DNA of 63,976 nucleotides, the filler included, from Vicugna vicugna (Eukaryota), in NCBI GenBank assembly GCA_013265495.1. It is 78 parts of 77 records of this genome, joined end to end, with 100 filler letters (N's around TTAATTAATTAA, not from the genome) between each part and the next. Parts side by side here need not be neighbours in the genome. Positions count along the whole stretch, not along the records: positions 24,306 to 25,182 come from PNXW01027019.1; positions 25,283 to 25,680 come from MU062987.1; positions 25,781 to 26,917 come from MU062988.1; positions 27,018 to 27,877 come from MU062990.1; positions 27,978 to 28,937 come from MU062991.1; positions 29,038 to 29,523 come from PNXW01027038.1; positions 29,624 to 30,122 come from PNXW01027039.1; positions 30,223 to 31,886 come from MU062992.1; 70 more parts are not named here. The stretch is one strand, 5' to 3'. A program made the position numbers and the translations under genes. Below the pieces are notes generated by a model that searched no databases, was not told the origin of the DNA, and worked only from the letters and a program-made list of their open reading frames with translations. Shown in pieces: positions 24,395 through 36,564 of the stretch (positions are counted from its first letter, which is position 1; every line of letters begins with the position of its first letter).

Positions 24395-25182
24395 GGAGAT
24401 GTCCTTCAGTAGGTGAATGGGTAAATGCACTATTATACATCCAGAAAATGGAATATTATTTAGTGCTAAAAAGAAATAAGGTATCAAACCATGAAAAGAC
24501 ATGAAAGAACTTTAGATGCAAACTATTAAGAAGCCAATCTGAAAAGGCGACATCCTGTGTGATTCCCAACTGTACGACAATCTGGAAAAGGCAAAACTAT
24601 GGACACAGCAAAAAGATATCAGTGGTTATCAGAGGCTGAGGGGAGGCAGAGATGAGCAGGCAGAGCACAGAGGACTTTCAGGGCAGTGAAAATGCTCTGT
24701 ATGATATTATAATGGTGGATAAATGTCATTACACATTTGTCCAAGTCCACAGAATGGACACCACCAAGGGCGAACCCGAAAGTAAACTATGGATTTGGGG
24801 TGATTATCACATGTCAATGTAGGTGGTATATCAATTGTACATGTGGAGTCAGGGCATGTGTAGGGGAGGAAGTATATGGAAAAATCTCTATGCCTACTGT
24901 TCAATTTAGAACTTAAAACTGCTCTAAACAATTAATTTTTAAAAAAGGAGAGTGAGACGCATCTTTGTGGTGAAAACAATTAATTTTTAAAAAAGGAGAG
25001 TGAGACGCATCTTTGTGGTGATAACACTGTTCTGTATCTCAGTCATGTCTGTGCCAGCTTCCTGGTTTTGATACTATACTGTAGTTTTGCAAGATGTTAC
25101 CAATGGGGCAAACTGGATTAAGGGTAACACAGGCACCATGTCTATTCTTTCTTAAATATACACGTGAATCTATAATTATCTC
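24395..25182 (+). mobile_element. Old LINE-1 3' UTR fragments (L1MC-like)
   Basis: GATGTCCTTCAGTAGGTGAATGG...AAGCCAATCTGAAAAGGC...TCTGGAAAAGGCAAAACTATGGA...TAAACTATGGA resembles L1MC 3' ends; A-rich end near 24945, followed by a second L1M-like piece. Confidence 0.75.
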
Positions 25183-25569
25183 NNNNNNNNNNNNNNNNNN
25201 NNNNNNNNNNNNNNNNNNNNNNNNNNTTAATTAATTAANNNNNNNNNNNNNNNNNNNNNNNNNNNNNNNNNNNNNNNNNNNNAAAAACTGGAAATAAGTT
25301 AAATGAAAAAGTGTATTGGAATGGTAGTTTATGGTACATTGATGATTCTGAAAAAGAATCTGATTTTAAAGAAATATAATGATTTGTAAATGTTCACTAT
25401 ATAGTTTCTCAGTAAAAGTATAGAATTCATCCTAGAGAACGTATCTCTAAAATTTAGGGCAGGGGATTTCAGTTGGGATCATTATTTGCGTCTTTAATAC
25501 TTTTTTGTTTTTTATAAGAGGTACCGTATATGTATGAGTCTACGTGTATTATCTTCAAGAATCAAACTT

Positions 25570-25680
25570 TGGCGCCCCCGCCGGGCCGCGCGCAGCCTTC
25601 CTCGCCCCCCCCCTTCCGGCTCTTGCGGCCACGGCCCGAGAGGAGTCGCGGGGAGCCCCAGAGGGAGGAGGGGAGGGGAG
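25570..25680. promoter_or_regulatory. Edge of a CpG island
   Basis: Abrupt switch from AT-rich to CpG-dense sequence (GGCGCCCCGCCGGGCCGCGCGC...); truncated by the contig end. Confidence 0.45.
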
Positions 25681-25780
25681 NNNNNNNNNNNNNNNNNNNN
25701 NNNNNNNNNNNNNNNNNNNNNNNNTTAATTAATTAANNNNNNNNNNNNNNNNNNNNNNNNNNNNNNNNNNNNNNNNNNNN

Positions 25781-26917
25781 AGGAACTACCACACCCTCAG
25801 GATTCTGGAATCCAACCCTGTGTGGAGGGGACGTGTGGAGCCACAATCCACGCAGATGAATATGTGCTCAGGTGTCTCCCTTTAGGGAGAATTCCTCTAA
25901 GAACTTCCTCAGTCCATCGGAGGGTACTCGCTGCTAATTGGCCTCCAAGCCCAAACCCCAGCTTTCCCTCATGGCCCGGCCTAAGGNNNNNNNNNNNNNN
26001 NNNNNNNNNNNNNNNNNNNNNNNNNNNNNNNNNNNNNNNNNNNNNNNNNNNNNNNNNNNNNNNNNNNNNNNNNNNNNNNNNNNNNNNNNNNNNNNNNNNN
26101 NNNNNNNNNNNNNNNNNNNNNNNNNNNNNNNNNNNNNNNNNNNNNNNNNNNNNNNNNNNNNNNNNNNNNNNNNNNNNNNNNNNNNNNNNNNNNNNNNNNN
26201 NNNNNNNNNNNNNNNNNNNNNNNNNNNNNNNNNNNNNNNNNNNNNNNNNNNNNNNNNNNNNNNNNNNNNNNNNNNNNNNNNNNNNNNNNNNNNNNNNNNN
26301 NNNNNNNNNNNNNNNNNNNNNNNNNNNNNNNNNNNNNNNNNNNNNNNNNNNNNNNNNNNNNNNNNNNNNNNNNNNNNNNNNNNNNNNNNNNNNNNNNNNN
26401 NNNNNNNNNNNNNNNNNNNNNNNNNNNNNNNNNNNNNNNNNNNNNNNNNNNNNNNNNNNNNNNNNNNNNNNNNNNNNNNNNNNNNNNNNNNNNNNNNNNN
26501 NNNNNNNNNNNNNNNNNNNNNNNNNNNNNNNNNNNNNNNNNNNNNNNNNNNNNNNNNNNNNNNNNNNNNNNNNNNNNNNNNNNNNNNNNNNNNNNNNNNN
26601 NNNNNNNCGTGTGTGTGTTGGAAGTGGGGAAACTGAGTTCATGCATCTTTATGGGGGCACAGTTATTCCCAGGTAGATGATGTAGTTTAAAAACCTTCAC
26701 TTCTCATAGAGAGGCACTAGCTATTACTTGGCTTTAGAGCCCATCCCCCAACATCGCTCAATGCTAGGCCTAGGAAATCACTTAGGGAAGTCAAGCTAAG
26801 TGATTCTATTAGGACCCAGGTGCTGCTGTCAGTTGGAGGAACCTACCCAAACTCAGAACACCAGAAACCATACTCGTGTGTGAGCTGGATGTAGGGAAAC
26901 AGAGTCAAAGCATCTTT
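25781..26917 (+). repeat. Satellite A2
   Basis: CTTAGGGAAGTCAAGCTAAG.GATTCTATTAG.ACCCAGGTGCTGCTGTCAGTTGGAGGAACCT core; large internal gap. Confidence 0.85.
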
Positions 26918-27017
26918 NNNNNNNNNNNNNNNNNNNNNNNNNNNNNNNNNNNNNNNNNNNNTTAATTAATTAANNNNNNNNNNNNNNNNNNNNNNNNNNN
27001 NNNNNNNNNNNNNNNNN

Positions 27018-27877
27018 GGAATTCTAGGGGTGATTGCAGGATATCCCAGTGACCGAGGCTGAATCTCCAAGTTCAGGGAAATTATTTCCCGGACTTCCCC
27101 GAACAGGGAACACCTGTGACTGAAGAGAGCTGCGTGGAGTTGTCTCTCGAGCTCCCCCACGCACTGACAATGGTTCCGGAATCCTCAGCAAGGGGAAGTT
27201 CCACCAAAGGTCGGCAGCGCTTGGGCTCTAACGGAATGCCTAAGCTCGTCTCCCCTGAGGGTTTTCCTAATGTCTCTGTGCCAGGGAATGCTAGGGTTGA
27301 TTGCAGTATATCCCAGTGACCGAGGCTGCCTCCCTAAGGTCAGGGAANNNNNNNNNNNNNNNNNNNNNNNNNNNNNNNNNNNNNNNNNNNNNNNNNNNNN
27401 NNNNNNNNNNNNNNNNNNNNNNNNNNNNNNNNNNNNNNNNNNNNNNNNNNNNNNNNNNNNNNNNNNNNNNNNNNNNNNNNNNNNNNNNNNNNNNNNNNNN
27501 NNNNNNNNNNNNNNNNNNNNNNNNNNNNNNNNNNNNNNNNNNNNNNNNNNNNNNNNNNNNNNNNNNNNNNNNNNNNNNNNNNNNNNNNNNNNNNNNNNNN
27601 NNNNNNNNNNNNNNNNNNNNNNNNNNNNNNNNNNNNNNNNNNNNNNNNNNNNNNNNNNNNNNNNNNNNNNNNNNNNNNNNNNNNNNNNNNNNNNNNNNNN
27701 NNNNNNNNNNNNNNNNNNNNNNNNNNNNNNNNNNNNNNNNNNNNNNNNNNNNNNNNNNNNNNNNNNNNNNNNNNNNNNNNNNNNNNNNNNNAGCTCCTCT
27801 CGGGTTTTCCTAATGTCTCTGTGCCATGGAAAGCTAGGCGGGTTTGCAGGATTTCCCAGTGACAGAGGCTGCCTCCC
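27018..27877 (-). repeat. Satellite A1
   Basis: A1 core motifs. Confidence 0.93.
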
Positions 27878-27977
27878 NNNNNNNNNNNNNNNNNNNNNNN
27901 NNNNNNNNNNNNNNNNNNNNNTTAATTAATTAANNNNNNNNNNNNNNNNNNNNNNNNNNNNNNNNNNNNNNNNNNNN

Positions 27978-28937
27978 AGCATGTACTGAGCACGGAATAT
28001 CATGTTGATGGAAGCTATTTAATTATGTACCTCTAGGATAGAATTCGTACCAAGAGTGTTTTTCTGAGACTAAAATTTGATTCTTGAAACTGGTGATAGA
28101 AAGAAGCTACGAAGTCCAAGTAAATATTTCAAAGTGCATAGGTAACTTGTTTGGTGTTTGAAATATGAGTCATTCGCATGTTCACAACTCAGAAATGTAT
28201 GTTTGAAGAATCCGTGAAGCATGAAACGTGTTCGAAATACGGAATACCAAGGTTATTTAAACAATGAAAATTACATGTGTATTGTTGAGAATTCACTCAA
28301 AGAGTTTTTTCTGGTGCCTAATGTCCTATTTTAAGACCTGCTGTTAAAAAAAAAACTATGATGTAAGAGTAAATATTCCTAAGTGTTTATATGCCTTGTT
28401 GGTGGATGAAAGATCACTAATCCACATGCTCACAAGTCAGAAACGCATGTTTGCTGAATCCGTCATGCATATAGCATGTACGGAACCCGGAATGCCATGT
28501 TGACGGAATTCATGTNNNNNNNNNNNNNNNNNNNNNNNNNNNNNNNNNNNNNNNNNNNNNNNNNNNNNNNNNNNNNNNNNNNNNNNNNNNNNNNNNNNNN
28601 NNNNNNNNNNNNNNNNNNNNNNNNNNNNNNNNNNNNNNNNNNNNNNNNNNNNNNNNNNNNNNNNNNNNNNNNNNNNNNNNNNNNNNNNNNNNNNNNNNNN
28701 NNNNNNNNNNNNNNNNNNNNNNNNNNNNNNNNNNNNNNNNNNNNNNNNNNNNNNNNNNNNNNNNNNNNNNNNNNNNNNNNNNNNNNNNNNNNNNNNNNNN
28801 NNNNNNNNNNNNNNNNNNNNNNNNNNNNNNNNNNNNNNNNNNNNNNNNNNAACTACGAAGTCAAAGTAAATATTTCAAAGCGCATAGGAAAATTGATTGG
28901 AGGTTGAAACATCAGTCATGCACATGTTAACAACTCA
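27978..28937 (-). repeat. Satellite C
   Basis: Reverse complement of C motifs (AATCCACATGCTCACAAGTCAGAAA, CTACGAAGTC.AAGTAAATATTTCAAAG). Confidence 0.88.
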
Positions 28938-29037
28938 NNNNNNNNNNNNNNNNNNNNNNNNNNNNNNNNNNNNNNNNNNNNTTAATTAATTAANNNNNNN
29001 NNNNNNNNNNNNNNNNNNNNNNNNNNNNNNNNNNNNN

Positions 29038-29523
29038 TGAATGTAGACCGCAATCTGGAGAAATTCTGGAGCTTCCAGGCTCTGCTTCTGAATGCCGAGG
29101 ACTACAGCTTGGAAGCATGCTTCTAACTCGGTCACCGGCATTCTTACACTGCAGGGGAAACGGAGGCCCCCAGTCAAGAGCAGAGATATTTCTATCGTGT
29201 ATCACAGGCCATGCCTCTGGGACTAAGTGCCCTGCAGCAGCCCGGCCTCAGGTGAGGACCCGCAGCATGGCCCACCCAAGCAGGAGGGGCACTGTGCTTG
29301 AGAAAGCCCATCCCCGATGGGGGCAAGAGACTGGTGGGGTGAACCTGTAATTGCCCACAGAAATATGCCTGCATTCATTCAAGTGATACAAACAACAGTA
29401 GCAGTCCATTTAACAAAATTTCAATTGACAGTGGAAATTTTGCCATTCCTTTCCTCTTGTCTCCTGCACTTTGAGACGGGCTTAGGCTCTCTTACACCTG
29501 CAGCTCTGTGCAATATTTGTGAA
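29038..29523 (+). repeat. Unclassified multi-copy sequence D (paralog of 5816-6310)
   Basis: See 5816-6310. Confidence 0.8.
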
Positions 29524-30222
29524 NNNNNNNNNNNNNNNNNNNNNNNNNNNNNNNNNNNNNNNNNNNNTTAATTAATTAANNNNNNNNNNNNNNNNNNNNN
29601 NNNNNNNNNNNNNNNNNNNNNNNCACACCTCACCTGGCCCAGCCTGCAGGGACTGTGTGTCATCTGTCTTAGGGGTGTGACCGTCCTGCTCCTCCTGGAG
29701 TTCTGCGTCTGCTTCCTGGTGTCCTGTGTCTGTAACTGCACGTCACCTGGTCCAGGTACGTGTGTGTGTGTGTGTCCTGTACCTGCTCATCACCTGGTCC
29801 AGGTGCATGTGTGTATGTGCCTTGCACCTGCCTGTCACCTGGACAGGTAGGTGTGTGGCCTCTGCCTGCTCTCTTGGCAGGACAGGTGGAGGCAGTTTGT
29901 CCCTCACCTTCCTGGCTGGTGGAAAGAGTCGTCCATGGGGCACAAGCTCCTTAGGCCCCATCCTGTGCGAGGTGCTGTTTGGAACGCCCCGAAGGGTGGG
30001 TGTGGATGGTGACTGAATGAATGAGCACAAGGAGTGACGCTGTTCTCCCCGAAAGGAGGGTCCTGTGCCCTGTTGGATGTTCATGTCGTAGACGGCGGCC
30101 TCCACACTCTCCAGGACTCTTCNNNNNNNNNNNNNNNNNNNNNNNNNNNNNNNNNNNNNNNNNNNNTTAATTAATTAANNNNNNNNNNNNNNNNNNNNNN
30201 NNNNNNNNNNNNNNNNNNNNNN

Positions 30223-31886
30223 AATATGGAATTTGTATACAATGTACAACACAGAATTTAGAATATAAACACAGAATACTGAATACAGAATTTAAAATAT
30301 ACAATGAAGAACACAGAATATAGAATATAGAATACGGAATGCAGAATATAGAATACAGAATATAGAATGGAGAACACAGAATATAGAATATGGAAAACAG
30401 AATACAAAGACATAATTGAGAACATGGAATGCAGAACACAGAATTTAGTATATAGAAAACAGAATACTGAATATAGAATTTCGAATATACCATGTTGAAC
30501 ACAGAATTTAGAATATAGAATAAAGAATACTTAATATAGAATATAGAATGTAGAACACAGAATAGATTTTATAGGATAGAGGATATAGAATCCAGAATAT
30601 AGAACATGGAATGCCGAACACAGAATTTAGAATATAGAATACAGAATAGTTAATATAGTATTTAGAACATATAATCTGGAACACAGCAATTAGAAAATAT
30701 AATACAGAATTCTGAATATAGAATTTAGAACATGGAAAGCAGAAATCAGAATTTAGAATATAGAATACAGAGTACTGAATATAGATTTTAGAACATAGAA
30801 TGCAGAACCCAGAATATAGAATATACAATACGGAATTCTGAATATAGAATTTGGAATATAGAATGTAGAACACAGAATATGGAATGTAGAATACGGAATA
30901 CTGAATACAGAATTTAGAATNNNNNNNNNNNNNNNNNNNNNNNNNNNNNNNNNNNNNNNNNNNNNNNNNNNNNNNNNNNNNNNNNNNNNNNNNNNNNNNN
31001 NNNNNNNNNNNNNNNNNNNNNNNNNNNNNNNNNNNNNNNNNNNNNNNNNNNNNNNNNNNNNNNNNNNNNNNNNNNNNNNNNNNNNNNNNNNNNNNNNNNN
31101 NNNNNNNNNNNNNNNNNNNNNNNNNNNNNNNNNNNNNNNNNNNNNNNNNNNNNNNNNNNNNNNNNNNNNNNNNNNNNNNNNNNNNNNNNNNNNNNNNNNN
31201 NNNNNNNNNNNNNNNNNNNNNNNNNNNNNNNNNNNNNNNNNNNNNNNNNNNNNNNNNNNNNNNNNNNNNNNNNNNNNNNNNNNNNNNNNNNNNNNNNNNN
31301 NNNNNNNNNNNNNNNNNNNNNNNNNNNNNNNNNNNNNNNNNNNNNNNNNNNNNNNNNNNNNNNNNNNNNNNNNNNNNNNNNNNNNNNNNNNNNNNNNNNN
31401 NNNNNNNNNNNNNNNNNNNNNNNNNNNNNNNNNNNNNNNNNNNNNNNNNNNNNNNNNNNNNNNNNNNNNNNNNNNNNNNNNNNNNNNNNNNNNNNNNNNN
31501 NNNNNNNNNNNNNNNNNNNNNNNNNNNNNNNNNNNNNNNNNNNNNNNNNNNNNNNNNNNNNNNNNNNNNNNNNNNNNNNNNNNNNNNNNNNNNNNNNNNN
31601 NNNNNNNNNNNNNNNNNNNNNNNNNNNNNNNNNNNNNNNNNNNNNNNNNNNNNNNNNNNNNNNNNNNNNNNNNNNNNNNNNNNNNNNNNNNNNNNNNNNN
31701 NNNNNNNNNNNNNNNNNNNNNNNNNNNNNNNNNNNNNNNNNNNNNNNNNNNNNNNNNNNNNNNNNNNNNNNNNNNNNNNNNNNNNNNNNNNNNNNNNNNN
31801 NNNNNNNNNNNNNNNNNNNNNNNNNNNNNNNNTATAGAATACTGAAAAATTTATATAGAATTTAGAATATAGAATGTAGAACACAG
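30223..31886 (-). repeat. Heptamer satellite H
   Basis: 7-bp periodicity; gap at 30921-31832. Confidence 0.93.
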
Positions 31887-31986
31887 NNNNNNNNNNNNNN
31901 NNNNNNNNNNNNNNNNNNNNNNNNNNNNNNTTAATTAATTAANNNNNNNNNNNNNNNNNNNNNNNNNNNNNNNNNNNNNNNNNNNN

Positions 31987-32468
31987 TGGAAAGATTTAAG
32001 GTGCTGCCTCAAATTCCTTTAAAGATCTTAACAACATAAGAATTTTAAAGGCATGGTCCCCCAATAGCTTCACAGGGAGCCCAAGATGAAGAGCTTATCT
32101 CAAAAAGACCTATGAGGGTAGCTTTTCCAATGGCATGAACCCAAATAAAATTCACAGGAAACTCAAAGTTTTAAAGAGAACTGTGCAAGCAAAATCACTG
32201 CCTGCTAGCTTGGACTGAAGGAGACCAAGACAGTGCAAAATGAGATGAGGTCTTTGGGTTTTTCTTAGAAGGTCTACAAGGAGGAAGCTGGCTTGAGAGA
32301 ACTACTCAGCTGTAAACATAGGTCATTGCTCAGGAAAGGGACAGAACCAAGAGCTCAGAGAGGGCAGTGAAGGAGAATTCCTCCCAGGGTTAGGACTAAG
32401 TCCTAATCAAAGAGCCAGCAGCAAGCATCAGGCTGCATTTCAGAACTGCTACAGACCAGTGTGCCTCC
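31987..32468 (+). mobile_element. Probable MaLR (MLT1-type) internal-region fragment
   Basis: GCTTATCTCAAAAAGACCTATGAGGGTAGCTTTTCCAATGGCATGAACCCAAATAAAATTCACAGGAAAC resembles MLT-int consensus as recalled; not verified. Confidence 0.45.
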
Positions 32469-33059
32469 NNNNNNNNNNNNNNNNNNNNNNNNNNNNNNNN
32501 NNNNNNNNNNNNTTAATTAATTAANNNNNNNNNNNNNNNNNNNNNNNNNNNNNNNNNNNNNNNNNNNNTGTTTAGCCCACCTTAATATTGGCTGCACCCA
32601 TACTGGATAATTTAGTGGAATTCATGGTATGGTGGTGTAGAGACAGGGCCTTTTATGCTTCTTCTCTTTCCTTTTTCTAACATTTATTCTCCTTGGACTC
32701 CCAGATCCTCCCCCAGAAGTGCTCAGGGCTGGCTTGGTGCTGTGCTGAGGCAATATTTGTTAATAAGGCCCTTTCCTCATCTCTTCTGAGCCACCGTTTC
32801 TTTCTCTGCATAATGAGGGTTTAGACTAGATAATTACTTTTGAGTTTNNNNNNNNNNNNNNNNNNNNNNATGGTCCCTTTGAGAAACAGAAAATGCAAAT
32901 CTCTCCTCTCAAACCAACCCTTTAGATTTTGATAAATCCTCCAAGGAGTGACATAGCTCTATGTGGAAAATTGAAGTGACTGTGATTCCAGGTGGTACAG
33001 AAAAGACTTCAGAGATTTATTGCAGGGTGAGGGCAGGAAAGGGGCAGTATGTCACACTT

Positions 33060-33215
33060 TCTAGTGTGAGCAGTGGAGCAGGGGCTTGGATTTAAATACG
33101 GTCTCTGACGTGGCCTCTCTCTAATCTTGTACAATGTGATAAACTTCTCTACCTCAGTTTCTTGATGTGTCAAGTTGGGGTGATAATATTTTAGGGCTTT
33201 AGTGAAACATTATAC
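33060..33215 (+). mobile_element. Degenerate MIR SINE fragment
   Basis: MIR-core-like AACTTCTCTACCTCAGTTTCTTGATGTGTCAAGTTGGGGTGATAATA. Confidence 0.55.
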
Positions 33216-33480
33216 ACAGAATCCATTTGTGTCTCGGTAGAAACAGACCTGCTAGGGATTCAGGGATTTGTTTAAAAAAAAAATCTTGTCCTTAGCACTG
33301 TGTCGGTTTTTATTTTGAAGTTCCTGGTGGGTGAGGGTTGAGTCTAAAATCCATCGTGGGACAGGTGGCCCATAGTTCTCNNNNNNNNNNNNNNNNNNNN
33401 NNNNNNNNNNNNNNNNNNNNNNNNTTAATTAATTAANNNNNNNNNNNNNNNNNNNNNNNNNNNNNNNNNNNNNNNNNNNN

Positions 33481-33963
33481 TCTATAAAAGTACTATATTC
33501 ATCTAGAAACGTGTACTCATTTTCACAAGCTTTCCCTAAAACCAGATTTGAATTCGTGCATTTTTCACAAAAAAATATTTCTGGAGCGATTTCCACCTAA
33601 TAGGTATGTAATTTACATGAATTCCATCAACATGGCATTCCGGGTTCCTTACATGCTACATGCATGACGGATTCGGCAATCATGCAGTTCTGACTTGTGA
33701 GCATGTGGATTACTGACCTTTCCTCCACCAAACAATGCGTATATACACTTAGAATTATTTACTCTGACTTCATAGATTTTTCTATCACCAGGNNNNNNNN
33801 NNNNNNNNNNNNNNNNNNNNNNNNNNNNNNNNNNNNNNNNNNNNNNAATACACATGTAATTTGTTTACATAACCATGGCATTCCGTATTATGAGCATGTT
33901 TCATGCATCATGGATTCGTCAAACTTGAATTTCTGAGCTGTGAACATGCGCATGACTGATATT
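33481..33963 (+). repeat. Satellite C
   Basis: C motifs (TTTTCACAAGCTTTCCCTAAAACCAG; TGAGCATGTGGATTACTGACC). Confidence 0.9.
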
Positions 33964-34063
33964 NNNNNNNNNNNNNNNNNNNNNNNNNNNNNNNNNNNNN
34001 NNNNNNNTTAATTAATTAANNNNNNNNNNNNNNNNNNNNNNNNNNNNNNNNNNNNNNNNNNNN

Positions 34064-34832
34064 TCGCTCAAAGAGTGTTTTCTGGTGCCAAATGTCCGAT
34101 TGTAGAAAATGGTGATAGGGAAAACCTATGAAGTCAGAGTAAATATCTCTACGTCTATATACGCCTTGTTCGGAGGGTGAAAGTTCTGTAATCCACATGC
34201 TCACAAGTCAGAAACGCATGATTGCCAAATCCGTCATACATGTAGCATGTATGGAACCCGGAATGCCATGTTGTTGGAATACATGTAAATTACATATCTG
34301 TTAGGTGGAAATCGCTCCAGAACTATTTTTCTGTGAAAAATGCATGAATTCGAACTTGGTGTTAGGGAAAGCTTGTGAAAATGTGTACACGTGTCTAGAT
34401 GAAAATATTCCTTTTATAGAGAATGAAAGATTAGTAATCCACATGCTCTCAACTCAGGAATGCATGTTTGTCAAATCCGCCCTATATGTAGCATGTAAGG
34501 ATCACGGAATATCATGTAGATGGAATCTGTACAAATTACATATCTCTAGGGTAGAAATCGCTCCAAGAGGGTTTTTCTGGGATCAAAGTGTGATTCTTGA
34601 AACTGGTGATAGGCAGAAGCTACAAAGTCAAAGTAAATATTTCAGAGTGCATANNNNNNNNNNNNNNNNNNNNNNNNNNNNNNNNNNNNNNNNNNNNNNN
34701 NNNNNNNNNNNNNNNNNNNNNNNNNNATGTTTGAGGGTGATTCATGAAACATGTTCGTAATACAGAAAGCCATGGTTATGTAAATAGTGTAAATTACATG
34801 TGTATTTGTGAAAATTCGCTCAAAGAGTGTTT
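34064..34832 (-). repeat. Satellite C (one full trimer)
   Basis: TCGCTCAAAGAGTGTTT occurs at both ends (34064 and ~34816), with three subunit types between. Confidence 0.9.
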
Positions 34833-34932
34833 NNNNNNNNNNNNNNNNNNNNNNNNNNNNNNNNNNNNNNNNNNNNTTAATTAATTAANNNNNNNNNNNN
34901 NNNNNNNNNNNNNNNNNNNNNNNNNNNNNNNN

Positions 34933-35442
34933 AACCACCAAACAAGTTACCTATGCACTCTCAAATATTTATTTTGAATTCGTAGCTTCTGCCTTTCACC
35001 AGTTTCAAGAATCACACTTTGAATCCAGAAAAACACTCTTGGAGCGATTTCTCCCTAGAGATATGTAATTTGAATAGATTCCATCTACATGATATTCCGT
35101 GTTCCGTACATGCTACATATATGATGGATTTGACAATTGTATATTCCTGAGTTGAGGTCATCTGGATCACTAATCTTTCCTCCTCTATAAACGTAATATT
35201 TTCATCTACACACGTGTACACATTTTCAGAAGCTTTCCCTAAAACCAGGTTCGAATTCGTGCATTTTTCACAGAAATATATTTCTGGAGCGATTTCCACC
35301 TAATAGGTAATGGAGCGATTTCCACCTAATAGGTATGTAATTTACATTAATTCCATCAACATGGCAGTCCGGGATCCGTAGATGCTACATGAATGATGGA
35401 TTCGTCAATCATGCATTTCTGACTTGTGAGCATGTGGATTAC
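34933..35442 (+). repeat. Satellite C
   Basis: C motifs; 25-bp local duplication at 35285-35335. Confidence 0.9.
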
Positions 35443-35542
35443 NNNNNNNNNNNNNNNNNNNNNNNNNNNNNNNNNNNNNNNNNNNNTTAATTAATTAANN
35501 NNNNNNNNNNNNNNNNNNNNNNNNNNNNNNNNNNNNNNNNNN

Positions 35543-36075
35543 TTGGAAAGCCAGAGTTTCTGGTCTAGAGGAACTACGCAACTTACAAATCTAAGGGGAA
35601 GCAATTGCAGCAATTGTATTTTCCAGAGCAAACAATTTTTACATTGAAACCGGCCCTTGAAAACATACAGAGAAACCAGAGAATGTCTTACTACAATTCA
35701 ATCTACCTTTTATGCTGGAAAAAAGAACGCCTCAACACATACTGAATTCTGAGGGTTGAATGTGTGTGAATACCGCCAAACATATAGCTTGTTGGGAAGA
35801 CACAGTTTCTTTTGGGTGGGTACCTAGAACACATACATATATAAGGGGAGGTATTAATTGCAACTCAGTTTTACAGTGAAAATTATATGAACTTTGTACA
35901 GGCACTAAGAAACCATACAAGAATGCAGAGTAAAACTTTCTACTGCAATCCATTTCTATTATGCTAGACTAACGAACGTTTCTCCACAGCTACTTGTGAG
36001 AGTTGAATGTGTGTGAAAGCAAACAATTCACTATTTTGTCAGGAAAACACAGCCTCTCTTGTGTGGGGAATCAAA

Positions 36076-36106
<31 letters not shown>

Positions 36107-36464
36107 AGGGGAGGACTAGCTACAACTCGGTTTTACAGCGAAAATTGCATAAACTTCAAAAAGGACAAGGAAACATACTGAGAAATCAGATTGATTCTAC
36201 GGGTCCCCACTCGTTTAATGCTAGATGAACGAACGCCTCTCCACATGAAAAATTCTGAGAGATGAATCTGCGTGAAAGACGACAATAATTTGGATTGTTG
36301 GGAACATAAGTTACCTTTAATTACCTTTCGATTGGGGAAACACACTACATAAATGTATACGGGGAAGCACTCGTTAAAACAATGTTTTACAGAGAAAACA
36401 GAATGAAATTGAAACAGGTACTAGGAAACATACTAAAAAATCAGAGCGTTACAATTGCTCCACA
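35543..36464 (-). repeat. Strongly diverged satellite B variant
   Basis: B landmarks recur at ~250-bp spacing: TGAATGTGTGTGAA, AACTC.GTTTTACAG.GAAAAT, GCTAGATGAACGAACG, GAAACATACTGAGAAA. Confidence 0.75.
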
Positions 36465-36564
36465 NNNNNNNNNNNNNNNNNNNNNNNNNNNNNNNNNNNN
36501 NNNNNNNNTTAATTAATTAANNNNNNNNNNNNNNNNNNNNNNNNNNNNNNNNNNNNNNNNNNNN

